Assembly: GCF_964355755.1 (NCBI RefSeq)
Contig: NC_092678.1
Coordinates: forward strand, 15,357,881-15,421,880
Source of the DNA: Antedon mediterranea
Lineage: Eukaryota > Animalia > Echinodermata
DNA length: 64,000 nucleotides
Direction of reading: 5' to 3'
Shown here: one piece after another, positions 47,805 through 61,600 of the stretch
Numbering within the stretch: position 1 is the stretch's first letter
Layout: every line of letters begins with the position of its first letter
The notes under the pieces: model-generated
What the model was told of the DNA's origin: nothing
Seen by the model: only the letters and a program-made list of their open reading frames with translations
Databases searched by the model: none
Made by a program: the position numbers and the translations under genes

Positions 47805-50800
47805 GTAATGTAGCTTCCTTTTTATTCATCAGAATACCTTTTTTTACTCAGGCTGAGCACTATGGTTCTGGTGGTTTGCTTTGTAACGTGAACGACATAC
47901 TAGTCATATTAGAGCAATCTATCTCACTTATACGCATTTACATTTTACATATACGAACACGGTTGAATTCATATTATTATTTAGAAAAAATAATTTAGAT
48001 TCGGTTGGAGAGCTATAATGTGTAGCTAGCCAGTTTCATCGGCGCATCTACCCTAAGCCTGGCCAAAATGTTTACTTTTTTTGTCGTTTTTATGAAGTCG
48101 TTATACTAAAACTCTGTTTGAATTTTCTTTTCTTAATCTATGTTTAAGTTATGGTGGTAAAGTGTTATCTTTGCCGCGTTTAACAACTTAATTTTCAACG
48201 AATAAATCTTAAACGTGTGAAATACAATCGGGTATAGTACGTCGAGACGCATATGTAGCCTAGCACGCGATTTTTACCCATAACTATATGCATACGGTGG
48301 TTGCCCTGCCTATTTGACGTACTTTATACCCCTGATGTCAAGAGTTGCTGATGGTATGATGTGTCGTCAATGGTTTAATAACCGTATTTATTTTTCCAGA
48401 TTTAGGGATAATCGGATTTATATATATATAGGTTTCAAATTAAACGTAGCTTCAGTTCTTCGTTGAACGATGAAATGAAACTAAAACAATCCATCCGCAG
48501 CAACAGTGCCAAGCTTAGTATCTCAGAAGGAACAGTTTTAGGCCTATCTTAGAGGCTACATTATCAAACAAACATAAGTATCACGATAGGAGAAATCTTT
48601 GCCTTGGAACTCATTTGCATGGACAAAAAGGCTTAAGGCAAAGTCTGTCTAATACGGTTTACCTAAGATTCGAAAACAGACACGACACAAAAAGTGACAA
48701 TATAAAGCAATAATGGCACTGGGCTTTTTTATGTCTCTATGTCTCCAAACTAACTAAAGCACACTATAACCTTACAAACAATAATATGTTAAATGTGTTT
48801 ACAAAAAGAAAATATGCTCTTTGTGTCAATAAACATGATGAAATAAAAACTGCATAATAAAGAAATTCTGTTAATTTTATAAAGAAAAAAAAACCACTTA
48901 ATTTGACCAAACGCTAGAGCAAAGTTATGTAAGTAGAAGTTGTAGACTTGATAGTATAGTACCTTTGGTGATCTAGGGTGTTAACCACAGCGCGGTGTAT
49001 TAGAACTATGCATGTATTACACATTACTACTGTAGTCCAGTCCAGATAAGTCAAAAGTAGGGTGAAGCTACTAGAATAAATTGAATTGAAACAAAATTTG
49101 CTTTGTCTGAAAAACATTTTTCAAATAAACATCATATTCAAAGTTTACCAAAGTCGGACATCATCGGAAAGTGGGTTAATAAGAATAAATCCAAAATGGC
49201 CGCCATTTGCTATTTTGAAGTACATATCTCTGTAACGGTTGTATTTAGACCAACTAAGTGCATTACAAATAAATATAAATGTGATATTAAACATTCTAAT
49301 TAGCATATCTAAATTCCCATATGATGTACCTATGACGTCATATGGTAGTTGTGACGTCATACACATGTTATAACTGCTTTGACAATGACATTCTACTATG
49401 CAAACAATTTAGGATCTGCAGGAAAGTTTTTTTTTTTTTTTATTCATTTCGGCAATAAACATAAAATAATAATTACAAAAACATAGAAATATATATATGA
49501 AGTACAAGACACGAAGCCGAGGAGAGACAAAAGCATTACACAAAACGCTGTCACCGGTAAGATGTGTCTCTCCAACTAACAACAACTTAACATTCTCCTT
49601 GTTGTAATGAACATCATTTCCAAGGTTTACCAAACTCGGAAGTCAGGAGGTGGATTAAAAATCATAAATTCAAAATGGCTGCTATTTACTATACCATTTT
49701 AAAGTTCCGTATCTCCTTAACGGTTGGTTTTAGACCACCTAAGTGCATTGCGGCTAGATATAAATGTAAGTTTAAACTTTCCAAAAACGTGTTTTTGCGT
49801 AGTAATTTTTTGAAACAGGCAAATGGTACAATTCATGCTCTAAATTGATCAAAACGTAATTTTGAGTTTTTTAAATATTTAACGTAGCAATTTAACGTGC
49901 CTGACTTTGAACGCGTAAGTTTTTATTTGCTAATATTTTTACCCTTCATCTGAACATTACATATAGTGAATTTTATTGATATTTTATGACGAGTTATGCA
50001 GATATGATTGATAATGTGATTTCACAAAATGGCGTATAAATATCAAAGACAATATTTTTTTATATTTTTTTTTACCAATTTTAGATGAAGTTCTAAAAGA
50101 TATCGTTGTAGGAAACACAAAACAAGATGTGTTCGTGAGTACAAATCAGTTGCGGAAATAGTCAATAAATTGTAGCAAAAAGTAAAATGTGACATTTTAT
50201 GACATCACATTTACCATTTATGATGTCATAGGTACGTCATGATATTTTAAATGATAACTGACATTTCAACATTGCAAATAGCGGCCATTTTGAATTTATG
50301 CTAATTAATTCACTTCCCGATGTACGATTGTGGCCAACTTTGAACATGATGTTCATTTGGACCATATCAACCAGCATTAGCAGTTTCAAAAATTTTCCCA
50401 TATACAGTATATATCAATTTACGTAAGGGCAAAATTCGGTAAATCGTCCGTTACTTCTAGAATTTTTACTCGATGGTATATAAAGTTGGTTCGTACTTTC
50501 GGTTCTCATTTTATCAACTGATGTAACCCTGTTTACTAATTAAATTGAGTTCAATAATTAGTTATCAACGATTTGCCACACATAGCGGTGTTTTCCGATC
50601 ATGTTATACACTGTCTAATGGATGTCCATCTTGAAAAATACCCACACACAGTAATACGAGGATGCTTCGCATTTTCCTATCTTCTCATACGATAATTGTT
50701 TTTGATGGCTGAAAACCGGTTGAACAGCTCGAATACAGCATCATAATGCTGAAGACAGGCCGATTTTCTTAAAAAAACACTATTTTGATAGATTTAATAT

Positions 50801-51896
50801 ACGTTTATACAAATGTATTGATTTCCGATGATATAAACGTTGTAGTGCTGTATCGTTACATGTACTGTGCTATTTCAATCGACTATGACAGTGACAGTTT
50901 TAATAAAGTATTAAATCGCAAATGTGTTACTGTATCAAGTGGTATATTAATTAATTAATAATTCATCGTGTCTATTCGTTTCTGTAAACGAACATAACTA
51001 TTATAGTCCACTCCTTCGGAACAAACATTTGGAAAAAAAACCACCTTTTTTACGCTGAAATTGCTGTGTATTCGAGTACCACCTGGAGGGAATAATTCAT
51101 GTTAATGTTATGTCTGAAAATACAATGTTAGACTAACATTTTAAACATATATATTATTTTAGTGTCAAATTCTTAATCAATTTCATTTACACTCAATTTG
51201 TGAGTGTTTGTGCAGCTAGCAGCGCGACGACAGATCATTTTCAATTACCGCTTGAAAACTATTTTCAGGGCTTGCCGTCACATCATGAATATTCATGTAT
51301 GGATTCAGGCCCTCTATAGTTTCTGCCTTAACCTAATAGGAAAAATATAATAATCCGGCCGGCTAGCATTGTGGCCGGGTATAATTGCCGTCAGGGTATT
51401 ATTGATTTTATTTGTCAATTTATAGAAATTGTGTTTTTGGATATGAGTTGTCACTCCAACCTTAGGGAGTAACGCTCCAAACCGGAATAAGCATAGTACT
51501 ATAGTTTAGTTATAGGATGTATATGATTTGTTCTGTACAGTATAGACCACGAACTTTGTTCTGAAATAAAATTGATTGATTTATTGATTAATTGATCGAT
51601 AACTTAAATCAACTAGAGAAGGAAAACTGAATCCAATCATAATACACATCATAAAAAATGTATGTATTTAATCCCCGATACGCTATAATTAATAGAGCAT
51701 TTCAGACTATATTTACTACTACTACTACTGATTGTCAAAACAAAACAATTGATAATAAATCATTATTTCTTAAATTATTAGGAAGAATATAAATACAAAA
51801 AGCATATTTTATATAAGAAAGAACAAAATGTAATTAAAACTAAGTAAGTAAAAATGGAGAGGAGTTTTTTGTAAGAATATTTTTTTTTCATTATAG

Positions 51897-52024
51897 TGCT
51901 TCGTTGTTGTTTTAACATCGTGCGTGATACTATGCTGCGTATTCTACAATTTTTCACCACAGTATCAATCTTTTGCATCACCAATACCAAGGGATTATAC
52001 AGCACGATTACGGAATTCGCAACG
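51897..52024 (+). CDS. GAL3ST: GAL3ST-like gene 2, transmembrane/stem exon
   Basis: Acceptor TTTTTTTCATTATAG|, then 128 nt encoding CFVVVLTSCVILCCVFYNFSPQYQSFASPIPRDYTARLRNSQ(R), donor CG|GTAAGA (phase 2). In frame with the exon at 61601. Confidence 0.85.
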
Positions 52025-54039
52025 GTAAGATCCCAGTGCTACATTTTGAAATATAAATTTGAATTAAATTCTGTAAGCAGAAACGTATGAAGACATTGAC
52101 TCTATTATTTGAAAAACGTAGTTTTTTTTTGCCCTGATTACTTAATTGAATAAACTGAAAATTATATTTTGAATAGCAATAACACGATCATTTTAACTTA
52201 TTGTATTGTATTTCATTTTAATTTGTTGTGGACGAAACATTACTAATGTAATTATCTTGTACATGTGTTTAGACCGTACTTCCAGAGTGTTTTTTAAAGG
52301 TCTGTCAACACTATCATAGTGTATGTGATAAAAAAAATGTGATGTGCCCATATATGGACACGATGACGTTATATCACTACCATATTTCGGAACATCACTA
52401 CCATTATTAGTCGCGTGCAACACGACTCTACAGCTTACTATATGTCGGTCGGTTGGTCGGTAGGTTGGTCGGCCAGTAAATAATAAATCAAATTTGAGAT
52501 CGCGACTGCAGCCATGTATATGGCCTTGTTTGGACACAACACATTTTTGTCGAACTAGTTTGATAGTGTAGACAGAGTTTTAGTAATGCGAAACAAAGGT
52601 TACGACATCTGCGGTTGTTACCATTATCTTTTTTAAGAAAATTAATGTTTTTGATAATATATCAATGCTTAGCGCTATTACCTTAAGTTAAATACGTATT
52701 GTCCCCTAAATGTTTTGTTTTTTTATTTTGTGTTGACTATTATTTTGTAAACAAACATTTGTTATTTGCCTCCAAGAAGTATTAATATCTACTGTCAAAA
52801 ATAACGAAAAAATATGAATGAATATGAGTAATAGACCCAGAAAGTGTATTCATGTGAAAAGCCACAAAAGGTTCGATAGGCTGATTATGTAGATATATGG
52901 CTAAGATTCAATAATCAATATTTTTGCTGGGTCATATCCTATAATTTTTCTTTGGGGACACCAAATAGGAGGGGTAAAAAATGGATTTAATCATGTGAAA
53001 AGCCACGCGAATAAAAGTTGTTGGACATCGTCCCCATATGTGTATACAATGTTAAAACAGCAATGACAGCAACTTTATCCTGTAAGTTGCCCGAGACAGT
53101 AGTCCAAAGTGACCACTCAAAGATGGTGTTATTCATGTCAAGAGCCACACAGCTAATTCCTTTTCCATTGTAACTGCTACACATTGGGATGCACAAAAAC
53201 CCATTGACAGCAACTTTATCCCGTAAGTTGCCTCAGACAGTAGCCAAAAAATGCCCGTTGGGGCCATACAAGATTTAATCATGCGAAGAGCTACACGGCT
53301 AATTTCTTTTTGCATTGTAACTGTTACACATTAAGATGTAGAAAACTACAATTGACATCAACTTTATTCTGTAAGATTCCCCAGAAAGTATCCCAAAATG
53401 CCCGTTGGCAAGAGCCACACGGCATAATTCCTTTTACATTGTAGCCTAACTATTACCCTTTTTGATATACGAATACCGTTGACAGCAACTTTATCCTGTA
53501 ACTTGTCTCAGATAGCAGGCCAGCAATTTCCGATTCCGACCCCTACAAGATTTAATAACTCTACACGGAGCTACACGGCATATTATTGTATAACGTTTCA
53601 TTGCAAGGGATATACAAAAATACCATTGACAGCAAATTTATCCTGTACGTTGCCCAAGACAGCCTACAGGTTCCACAGCAGCCACTACAAGATTTAACGA
53701 CACGGCAATTTTTTTTTCCATTGTAATTATTACCCTTGGGATATACGAAAATATCGTTGAGATATAAAAAATACATGTGAGCCAGTAGCAATTTTTCCCC
53801 CAGACAGTAACCCAAACATTTACTATAACACATTTAAGCGCGTGAAGGGACGACTAATTCCACTTTATACAATACGAAAATATTCATGACAACAACTTCA
53901 ATCTCTAAGTTGGCTCAGGCAGTAGCTCATAGACAAGATTGCATCATGTGAAGGGCTAACATGGCTAATCCTTTTTTTATTGGAACTGTACACATTCGAA
54001 TATACTCATGACAGCAACAACTTAATCCTGTTAGCTTCT

Positions 54040-56720
54040 GAATTTTCTTGATTACAAAAGCACACTCACTTGAGTGGACAATATCAATATTATATAGTAT
54101 TTCAATTTTCAAGCACAAAATCAATAGGAGAAAAAAGGAAGAAACATCGAGATAAAGTATATAAACATTTGACAAAGATAATAGTTTGGAAATCAATCCG
54201 AGAAGTCAAAGAAGGAAGATGAAGTAGAGCTAATCTTTTGGCGTAAGTAGGAGGGCGTTCAAAGTGTTTACCCAAAAAAAAGTATCTTGTAAGAATGCGT
54301 TGATGTTTTTCAAGGAGATGTAGTGCCACAGAAACCATAGTTGTGAAGTTTTTGAAGAAGAAGAGTATGAGAAATCTTATTAAAGGCCTTGGACCAATCC
54401 AGAAATATAACATCGGTTTTAGGAGAATTACGTTTATCAAGATTAGAAGCTAGGCGATGGTAAAGTTGGGAGACTAAAGTAATAGTTGATTGTCTTGGCA
54501 CGAAACCATGTTGAGCTTTAGGAATAAGACATAGATTAGTTAAGTGAGTGTTAATATGAGTAGAAAGAAGTCCTTCTAATAGTTTACAAGGAATAGAGCA
54601 AAGAGAAATAGGTCGATAGTTTTTAAGTATTGCACGATTACCTGATTTGAAAACTGGTACTACATTAGCCCTTTTCCAATCAAGTGGAACTTGGCCAAGA
54701 GAAAGAGACAGTTTCTAGAAGTTAGAGAGATATGAAGAGATAACAGCTGACCCGCTAATTTAAGAAGTGAAGGAGAAATATTGTCTGGTCCAGGAGATTA
54801 TGTACGTTTAACTTAGAAATGGCTTCGGAGACATTAAGGGCAGAGACAGAAAAATCAGTAATAGGTGAGAAGCCGATATGTGAATAGCAGGGAGATATAG
54901 GAGTGTCCAAAGCTTCACTGACGGGAGAAAAGTTTTCTTTGAAGGAAAGGTTGAAGTGATTAGAAACTAAGGTAGGATCAGATGATAGGTTACCATTGAT
55001 TAGAAAACTAGAAGAGTTTATAGATTTACGTTTACTCTTACGTTTACGTTTTGGGTTAGAATATGAGTCTTTGGCCAATTTATGGATGTATGAGTAGTAA
55101 TCAGTATTGCATTGATACTTTACATTGTTACGAATCCGTTGATATTTTCTCCCAGACGAGAAGACTATTAGATCTTTTAGCTTTTTGATATAACATGTTC
55201 TTTTTCTTAATGAGTTGAATATTATCAGGAGTAATCCAAGGAGAATTTTTCTTACGAGATCTAGATTTTTTGACAGGAAAAATATCCTTTACTGCAGCAA
55301 ACAGAAAGTCTCTAAAGTTTTTCCATGTGCTATTTATATCAATGGGATCGTAGCCAAGATTCCAAGGAATGTGGGATAGCGTAGTGTGAAAGTCAAGGAC
55401 ATAACATTTAGACCATTGATAAAAAGTACAATTCAGAGTGTTGGAAGGTTTAGTACAGGAGAGAGAAAAGAGAATGGAGTCTTGGTCACAGTTGTTTAGG
55501 CTGGGACCAGATACAATATCTGAAATAGAAAGTGGGTTATTAGTGAACAGAAGATCAAGTATATTTCCAGATTTAGAATGAGCAGAAAATCTACGAGTAG
55601 GAAAGTTAACAAGTTGATGAAAGTCAAGAATACTAGCTACAGAGTCTAGAGAATGCGGCAAGGGAGATTCAGGTTGAAGTGGGAAGTTGAAATCGCCAAG
55701 TAGACAGATATTCCAAAATTGGAAGGAGAGATTGAAGATTAAGGACAAAGAGTCTTCCAGAAGATGTAGAAAAGATACATCACTTGAAGGTGGTCTATAC
55801 ACATTAACATTTTACCAACAACTAATTAAAATTAGTAGCAATTAAAACACCACCCCCATTTCTAAAAAAATTGTATCCGGATAAAATCTCACAGTCAGTT
55901 ATAATATAGACAAACCTGGATTCAGAAATACATAAAATGTCAGATTTAATATCTTCAATTATAGCCTGAAGCTCAAAGCGTTTATTAACTATACTTCTGG
56001 CGTTTAGGTACATGTAGGACAAATTCTTCGATTGATGTTGATGACCGGATGAAACAGTGGAGACATCTAGCGCTTCACTTAAGGACTATACGTCAAGTTC
56101 TGGCAGAAAAGAAAATGTACAACGAGGGCAAATCCATTGACTTATAACATTCAGCTTGTTGATATGCAACTCGTAGTTTTTTTCGCTAATTTAGAGCAGG
56201 TAGAGCAATCAATGGATCTATGATTTTTTGCAAGAGGTCGATCAAAAACAGCACATGGGTTATTAACTAGTCCTGGATTAGGATTAATGTCGCCATCTGA
56301 TGCAAGTAGTATAGCATTAAATGTAGCTGTATGATTACGGTAATACGAGCATGGAGCTCCAAACTTAATGTGTTTATTGCTGGGAACTGATTTCCTTCTT
56401 CCCAGCGCAGTATGATCAACAGGAGAAAGTTTTGGAGATGTAATTATTAGCAAAAATAGTGTAAGCAGTAGGCCTTGATAAATGAAGAAGCTACGTTTCG
56501 TGGGAGAGCAGACAAAAATCATGCCCATTGTCTATCTTCTGGTATGGTTGAAGCTAAAACAATAGGTTTAGCTTTCTAGGCAGGATGCCCAATATGACTC
56601 AGTTAGTAGGGTACAACAAGCCTTCTGAAACCCTTAAAATTCACAAGTAATAACAAACAGAAACAGAAAAAGCAAGAAAATGGACAGCTTTAGATTGAGT
56701 GTACTTCGCTTGGTAAACTT
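54040..56720 (-). mobile_element. Decayed CR1-type LINE (2A-like motif, PHD, APE, partial RT)
   Basis: LLASDGDINPNPG then Cys-rich PHD remnant. APE: YLNARSI, ISES, GGGVLI, YRPP, GDFN, ILDLLF. RT: NYRPIS, QHGF, LDWSKAF. The YADD core is deleted, with many frameshifts. Confidence 0.88.
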
Positions 56721-57299
56721 GTACTGTCACAAATCAAATCAAATCAACTCGTCATTCTTAACCGCTTTAAGTTTATCTTCACTCAACAGCCCTCTTGATT
56801 CCAAATCCAAAATCAAACTCCACCTGTCTGCATACTTCTTAAGAATAGGAAAGTTGTAACATATATCAAGAGTTTTTATGTCTGAGACTTTTCCCCAGAT
56901 TGAAAATCTTAATTGTGCCAAATGTTTTTGACAATTAATGCGAATAATGTGGTGGTCTAGTAGTCGAATTTTTGTTCTGATAGAGATACTGTAGTTATGA
57001 AGTATATCATAGACTCTGTAAGATGATGGGACAAAGAAGAAGATGATCATTTTGTTTTTATTCGACACATTAATCATTTAGGCATCTATGTTTTTAAATG
57101 ATTTATCTTGGAGGACGGCCATTTCTAGGGTTAATCTGTAACAGTTATAATACAATGTATCCCGTAGGGTCAGTTCTAATGCCGTATGTTTTCACATAAT
57201 TACCATATATAATATAATTATACTGTAATTATTATAATTTCGTATACTACTCAATGTGTAACAGTTAAGAAAAAGAATTAGCCGTTGTCTTCGATTTAA

Positions 57300-57789
57300 T
57301 AGGGACTTTACGAAACACGACGGGAAGCCACAGGACGGTGCTCATGAATAATTTATGCATGAGCTTTAACAAAGTGAAACTTTGTCGTCTTTAACTTTTT
57401 GAGAACGATAAAGTTGCGATTTTCCGGTTTACAGAGAACGACTAGAAGTAATGTATGTATAACCTTAAATATAGGCCTACAGTTCAAGTTACACTTAAAA
57501 GTGGAATTTTCAAAACTATAAAATACATGAACTGCTTTAATTGTTTAATGAAATAAATTGTTATTGGACTGTGTTAAAAGCGGCGTTTGAATGCGAGGCC
57601 CTAGCTGGGAAGGCTAGGCCTATGCTGTATCACCAGAACCAAGAGAGAGATACTGCCGGTCGTCGTCTTCGCGACGCGAAGGATTCGTAACTAACAAAAC
57701 GGCTATGTTGGCTGTAAACGATTTTATGCTCTAGCGAACACAGTATATCCGTCGTCCTCCCCAAATCGTCGTGTTTCGTAAAGTCCATA
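57300..57789. mobile_element. MITE, superfamily uncertain
   Basis: TIR TA(G/T)GGACTTTACGAAACACGACG, flanked by TTAA. Interrupts a ~140-bp repeat unit. Confidence 0.8.
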
Positions 57790-58751
57790 TTAAATCTTGT
57801 AGGGGACCGGAATTGGAAATGTTAGGCATTGCTGTCAATTGTATTAATTCGTATATCCCAAAACCATGGTTAATAGTTGCAAAAATGTAAAAGGAGCTAG
57901 CCGTGTGACTGTTCGAGTTTTTAAATCATGAAGGGAGCGAATCAAAAATTTTGGAGATACTGTCATGATAAAGTTGCTGTCAGTTGCATTTCCGTATATC
58001 ACAAAGGGTAATAGTTAAAATGTAAAATGGACTTTGTCATGTGGCTTTTCGCATGATTAAATCTTGTAGGGCCCAACGAGCATTTTTGAGCTACTGTCTG
58101 GAACAACTTCCAAGATAAAGTTGCTGTCGTGAGTATGTTCGTATATCCCAAAGATGAAAAAATATGAATTTGAGTTAGTGTGTACCGACATTTACTGTTT
58201 ACCGACTGACCAACCGACCGAAATTGCTGAAAATGTCAAACAAGACCAAAATAATCAGCTTTCGCTATTCGAGCTTTGGCCTTTAAAATGCATTAATTAT
58301 TAACACAATTGATTGTAAAGTTAAATTAAATAAGTTTAAATATAATAGTATGCGTTATTAATCTTAAACGTATTTCAAAATAAAATACTAATCATGTTCT
58401 AGCAACGATTTTACTTTTAGTTTACCGATGGGTCATTTGGTCTACTTTCAAATCGTTTGGCCATGTTAGACTTTAAAAATTGTATTTTTTAGTACATTAG
58501 CCGTAAATAAACTGGGCGGATAACTTAGTCATATCATAAAAAATACATCAAGCTTCGAATTATGAAGGATTTAGCGGTATTGGTTTTAGGCGCTATAAAT
58601 CCAGGATATTATTATTAGTATTATTATTATAACCCGGATGGATAAGATCACCCAGTGAAAGGATGCTATATTACGGTATCAATGTACTAATACCAATCTT
58701 ATAAGAAATGTAAATATCTAGATTAGGCATATAGTTAGTTAAGTTTCTTAC

Positions 58752-58897
58752 ACGCTACTGCGTTTTAAGGTCAATCTGTATAGACAACAAAAAGATAGCA
58801 CAAACAAAAATACCATAACACAACAAGCTAAAATGAAGGAAAATGATTTAACAAAACAATTCGTTTTCAAGCGAAATGAAATCTTTCGATCAATCAT
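58752..58897 (-). other. Candidate orphan antisense signal-anchor exon
   Basis: MIDRKISFRLKTNCFVKSFSFILACCVMVFLFVLSFCCLYRLTLKRSS then GT|GTAAGA donor (phase 2). No partner exon found. Confidence 0.3.
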
Positions 58898-59496
58898 GAA
58901 CAACCAAATGATTCCGGCCAAAGAACATACAGAACATAAGGTGAACATTATAGGCCTAGCAGACACCATATTTTGGTGTAGGCCTACACGTATCTCGATG
59001 ATTCAATATGAAAGGTAACCATACATTGTAATAAATATCAAATAATTATATTTATTATATTGAAGAAGTTCAGAGTTTCGGTGAAGAGGATCACTGTGTG
59101 CATGGCACGAGCCATTTTTTTGGATGGCAATCCTATGTTTTTTGTTGTCTTATGTTATAGGTTCGACCCATTTTTATTTCTTCGTCTGTTCAAATGTTTA
59201 TTTACAATACATTGCACATAATGATAATAATGTAGACAATTGTACTTCAATAGCATTTTTGGGCAGCTGTCTGGAGCAACTTACAAGATAAGGTTGCTGT
59301 CATGACTATGTTCGTATATCCAAAAGTCTAGGGTATATAGTTACAATGCAAAATGAAATAGCCGTGTGACTCTTCGAGTTACTAAATCGTATAAGGGGCG
59401 AATCGGAAATTGTTGGGATACTGTCGGGGGCCACTTACATTATAACGTTGATGTCAATGGTATTTCCGTATATCTCAAAGGGTTATAGTTACAATA

Positions 59497-60092
59497 ATAG
59501 TATCCAGTGTCAAAATAACGAGAACAAAAAATGAATATGATTACCGACCGACCGACCGACCAACAGAAATTGCTTGAAATGTTAAAAAAATTGTAAAAAC
59601 ATTTATATTTGCCTCCAATTATTAATATCCAGTGTCAAAATAACGAAAAAAATATGAATGAATATGAGTTAGTTTTTACCGACCGACCAACCGACCAACC
59701 GATCCAAATTGTTGAAAATGTTTAAAAAAGGTTTAACAATTTTTAAAAACAATTATATTGCCTCCGAATATTAATATCCACTGTCAGAATAAAAAAAAAA
59801 TATGAATATGAGTTAGTGTTTACCGACCGACCGACCAACCGAGGTTGCTGAAAATGTTGAAAAAATGTTGAAAAATGTTTAAAAACATTTATATTTGCCT
59901 TCAAAAAGTATTAATATCCGGCAGCAAAATAACGAAAAAATATGATTATGAGTTAGTGTTTACCGACCAACCAACCGACCGAAGTTGCTGAAAAGTTCAA
60001 AAAAAATTTTGAAAACATTTATAATAATATTTGCCTCCAAGTATTATATCTATTGTCAAAATAACGAAACAATATAAATATGAGTTAGTGTT
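59497..60092 (+). repeat. Tandem array of ~120-130-bp HINE-related units (paralog of 20090-20990; further pieces at 52755-52830 and 58160-58240)
   Basis: Same unit sequence as 20090-20990. Confidence 0.85.
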
Positions 60093-60234
60093 TCTGATTG
60101 ATTAACGTGTTGCTTGTGGTGCGCGCGTCATGAGAGCAGGGAGACGTATCTCTCTCCTGATGAGAGTGTACGAAAAGGCCAACAACACACTGTGTTCGGG
60201 AAAAACCCGTCATATGGGTCGTCGATTTGTTCCT

Positions 60235-61415
60235 AATAATTATTGCGTTTTTCCATAATTTAGGCCTAATGCCAAATCATAATTTTGTGTATAGTTTTGT
60301 TTTTCCTATTTATCTTCATTTGTGTATACATCCGTAATAGTAGGCCGAATTTCCGTAGTAACAGAGAATTATACCGGTAGCTGACTGCTGACTTATTTAG
60401 CATTTAATTAAAAATAATACGTTTTTCTGAATATTTATAGAAGCAGCTTCATATTTTTTTTGTCTAACTTTTTTTTAAATAATTAATTGATAATAATAAT
60501 TAATTTACATTAATTAATAGTATTTTATTTATTACCGTATTAGAAGTAGCGCATTGACGAAAACAAATTTGTTTATTTAGTGTGTTTTCTAAAACAAAGG
60601 GGTACCTTTAACATTTAGGGGAGTTGGGGTGGGGGGTTCGGACCCGGATCTTGGAAGGCTTAGTCATAAAGTAGTTACAGAGTTGCATGGCATTTTATCA
60701 TTGTTGAATGTTTTGATGTTTGTTAAAATTGGTAAAAGAAGTAATGCTGGCGCCATCGAATCTAACGACCTTCACAACCAAAATATTTCTTTGGAAACAA
60801 AAATAATCCTCGGCTTCATCACTGCATGAATACCTAATAACCACAAGAACGTATCTTTGTTACGTTTTACTATCAATACATTTTCATATCACGCAATCCA
60901 TTTTTCAACAATATAGTAGTATAGTAATAATATGTTGATTGAATAGTGAGAGATTAGTTACAGTATTGACTGAATAAAACATTGGTAATTTACTGAAAAT
61001 CCCAAATGAACTTGTGTTATAATACAAACAAACAACAATACACGAGAAATAGATGGATAGAAACTTCTGACGACTAAAACAACGACTATCAGCTAAAGCT
61101 ATTCGTGCTTTTATTTCATCTCTTGTTAATATCATGACACATTACCGGACTTCACCCTCCTCTGACAATGAACGGCAGTACAGATCTTCCCTATCTAGGC
61201 TCGTGTATGTAGCCTACTAAATCATTCACAAATTACCCACGCATAGCAGTGTTACTAGCGCCATCACAGAATACCTCATGGATCAAGCATTCACACATGA
61301 ACTTTGCGTCAAAAAAAAATTCATCGAAAAACGAAATATAGCCTATATTCATTTCTTTTAAATTTAGACATATTGCCAAGACTAATAATCGAGTTGTCCA
61401 TAATTACTGCGTTTT
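60235..61415 (+). mobile_element. Third, terminus-less copy of the hAT5-like family internal sequence
   Basis: 60235-60380 matches 44685-44855, 60385-60600 matches 12585-12797, and 60600-61415 matches 13595-14370. Confidence 0.65.
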
Positions 61416-61600
61416 GTATGAAATTTATAATTACGTTATATAAAAGCAAGTGCAGAACCATCTTTTGAACGTTCTGTCTTTGCGCGCGCAAAATAAACTA
61501 GTTGCAAAATGTTCACTCAACACTAATTCATTATTTAAATAAACTAACAGTCTGCGCTACATGGAAGACAATGATAAATAATTATTTTCTCTTTCAATAG

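Larger units (their letters stand above)
52985..59490. repeat. Foldback-like structure of ~140-bp tandem units (GACAGCAACTTTATCCTGTAAGTTGCC core)
   Basis: Forward units at 52985-54030. Reverse-complement units at ~57250-57300, 57790-58150 and 59255-59490. Encloses the decayed LINE and a MITE. Confidence 0.7.

Noticed and set aside
51896-52090. ORF-track frame MLRILQFFTTVSIFC.. as the first coding exon
   Set aside because: This frame has two stops in the unit 1 paralog and ends in phase 0, incompatible with the catalytic exon. The alternative TM frame is open in both.
56739-57077. 112-aa minus-strand ORF upstream of the decayed LINE as ORF1
   Set aside because: No recognisable ORF1 motif, and it cannot be distinguished from a chance ORF.
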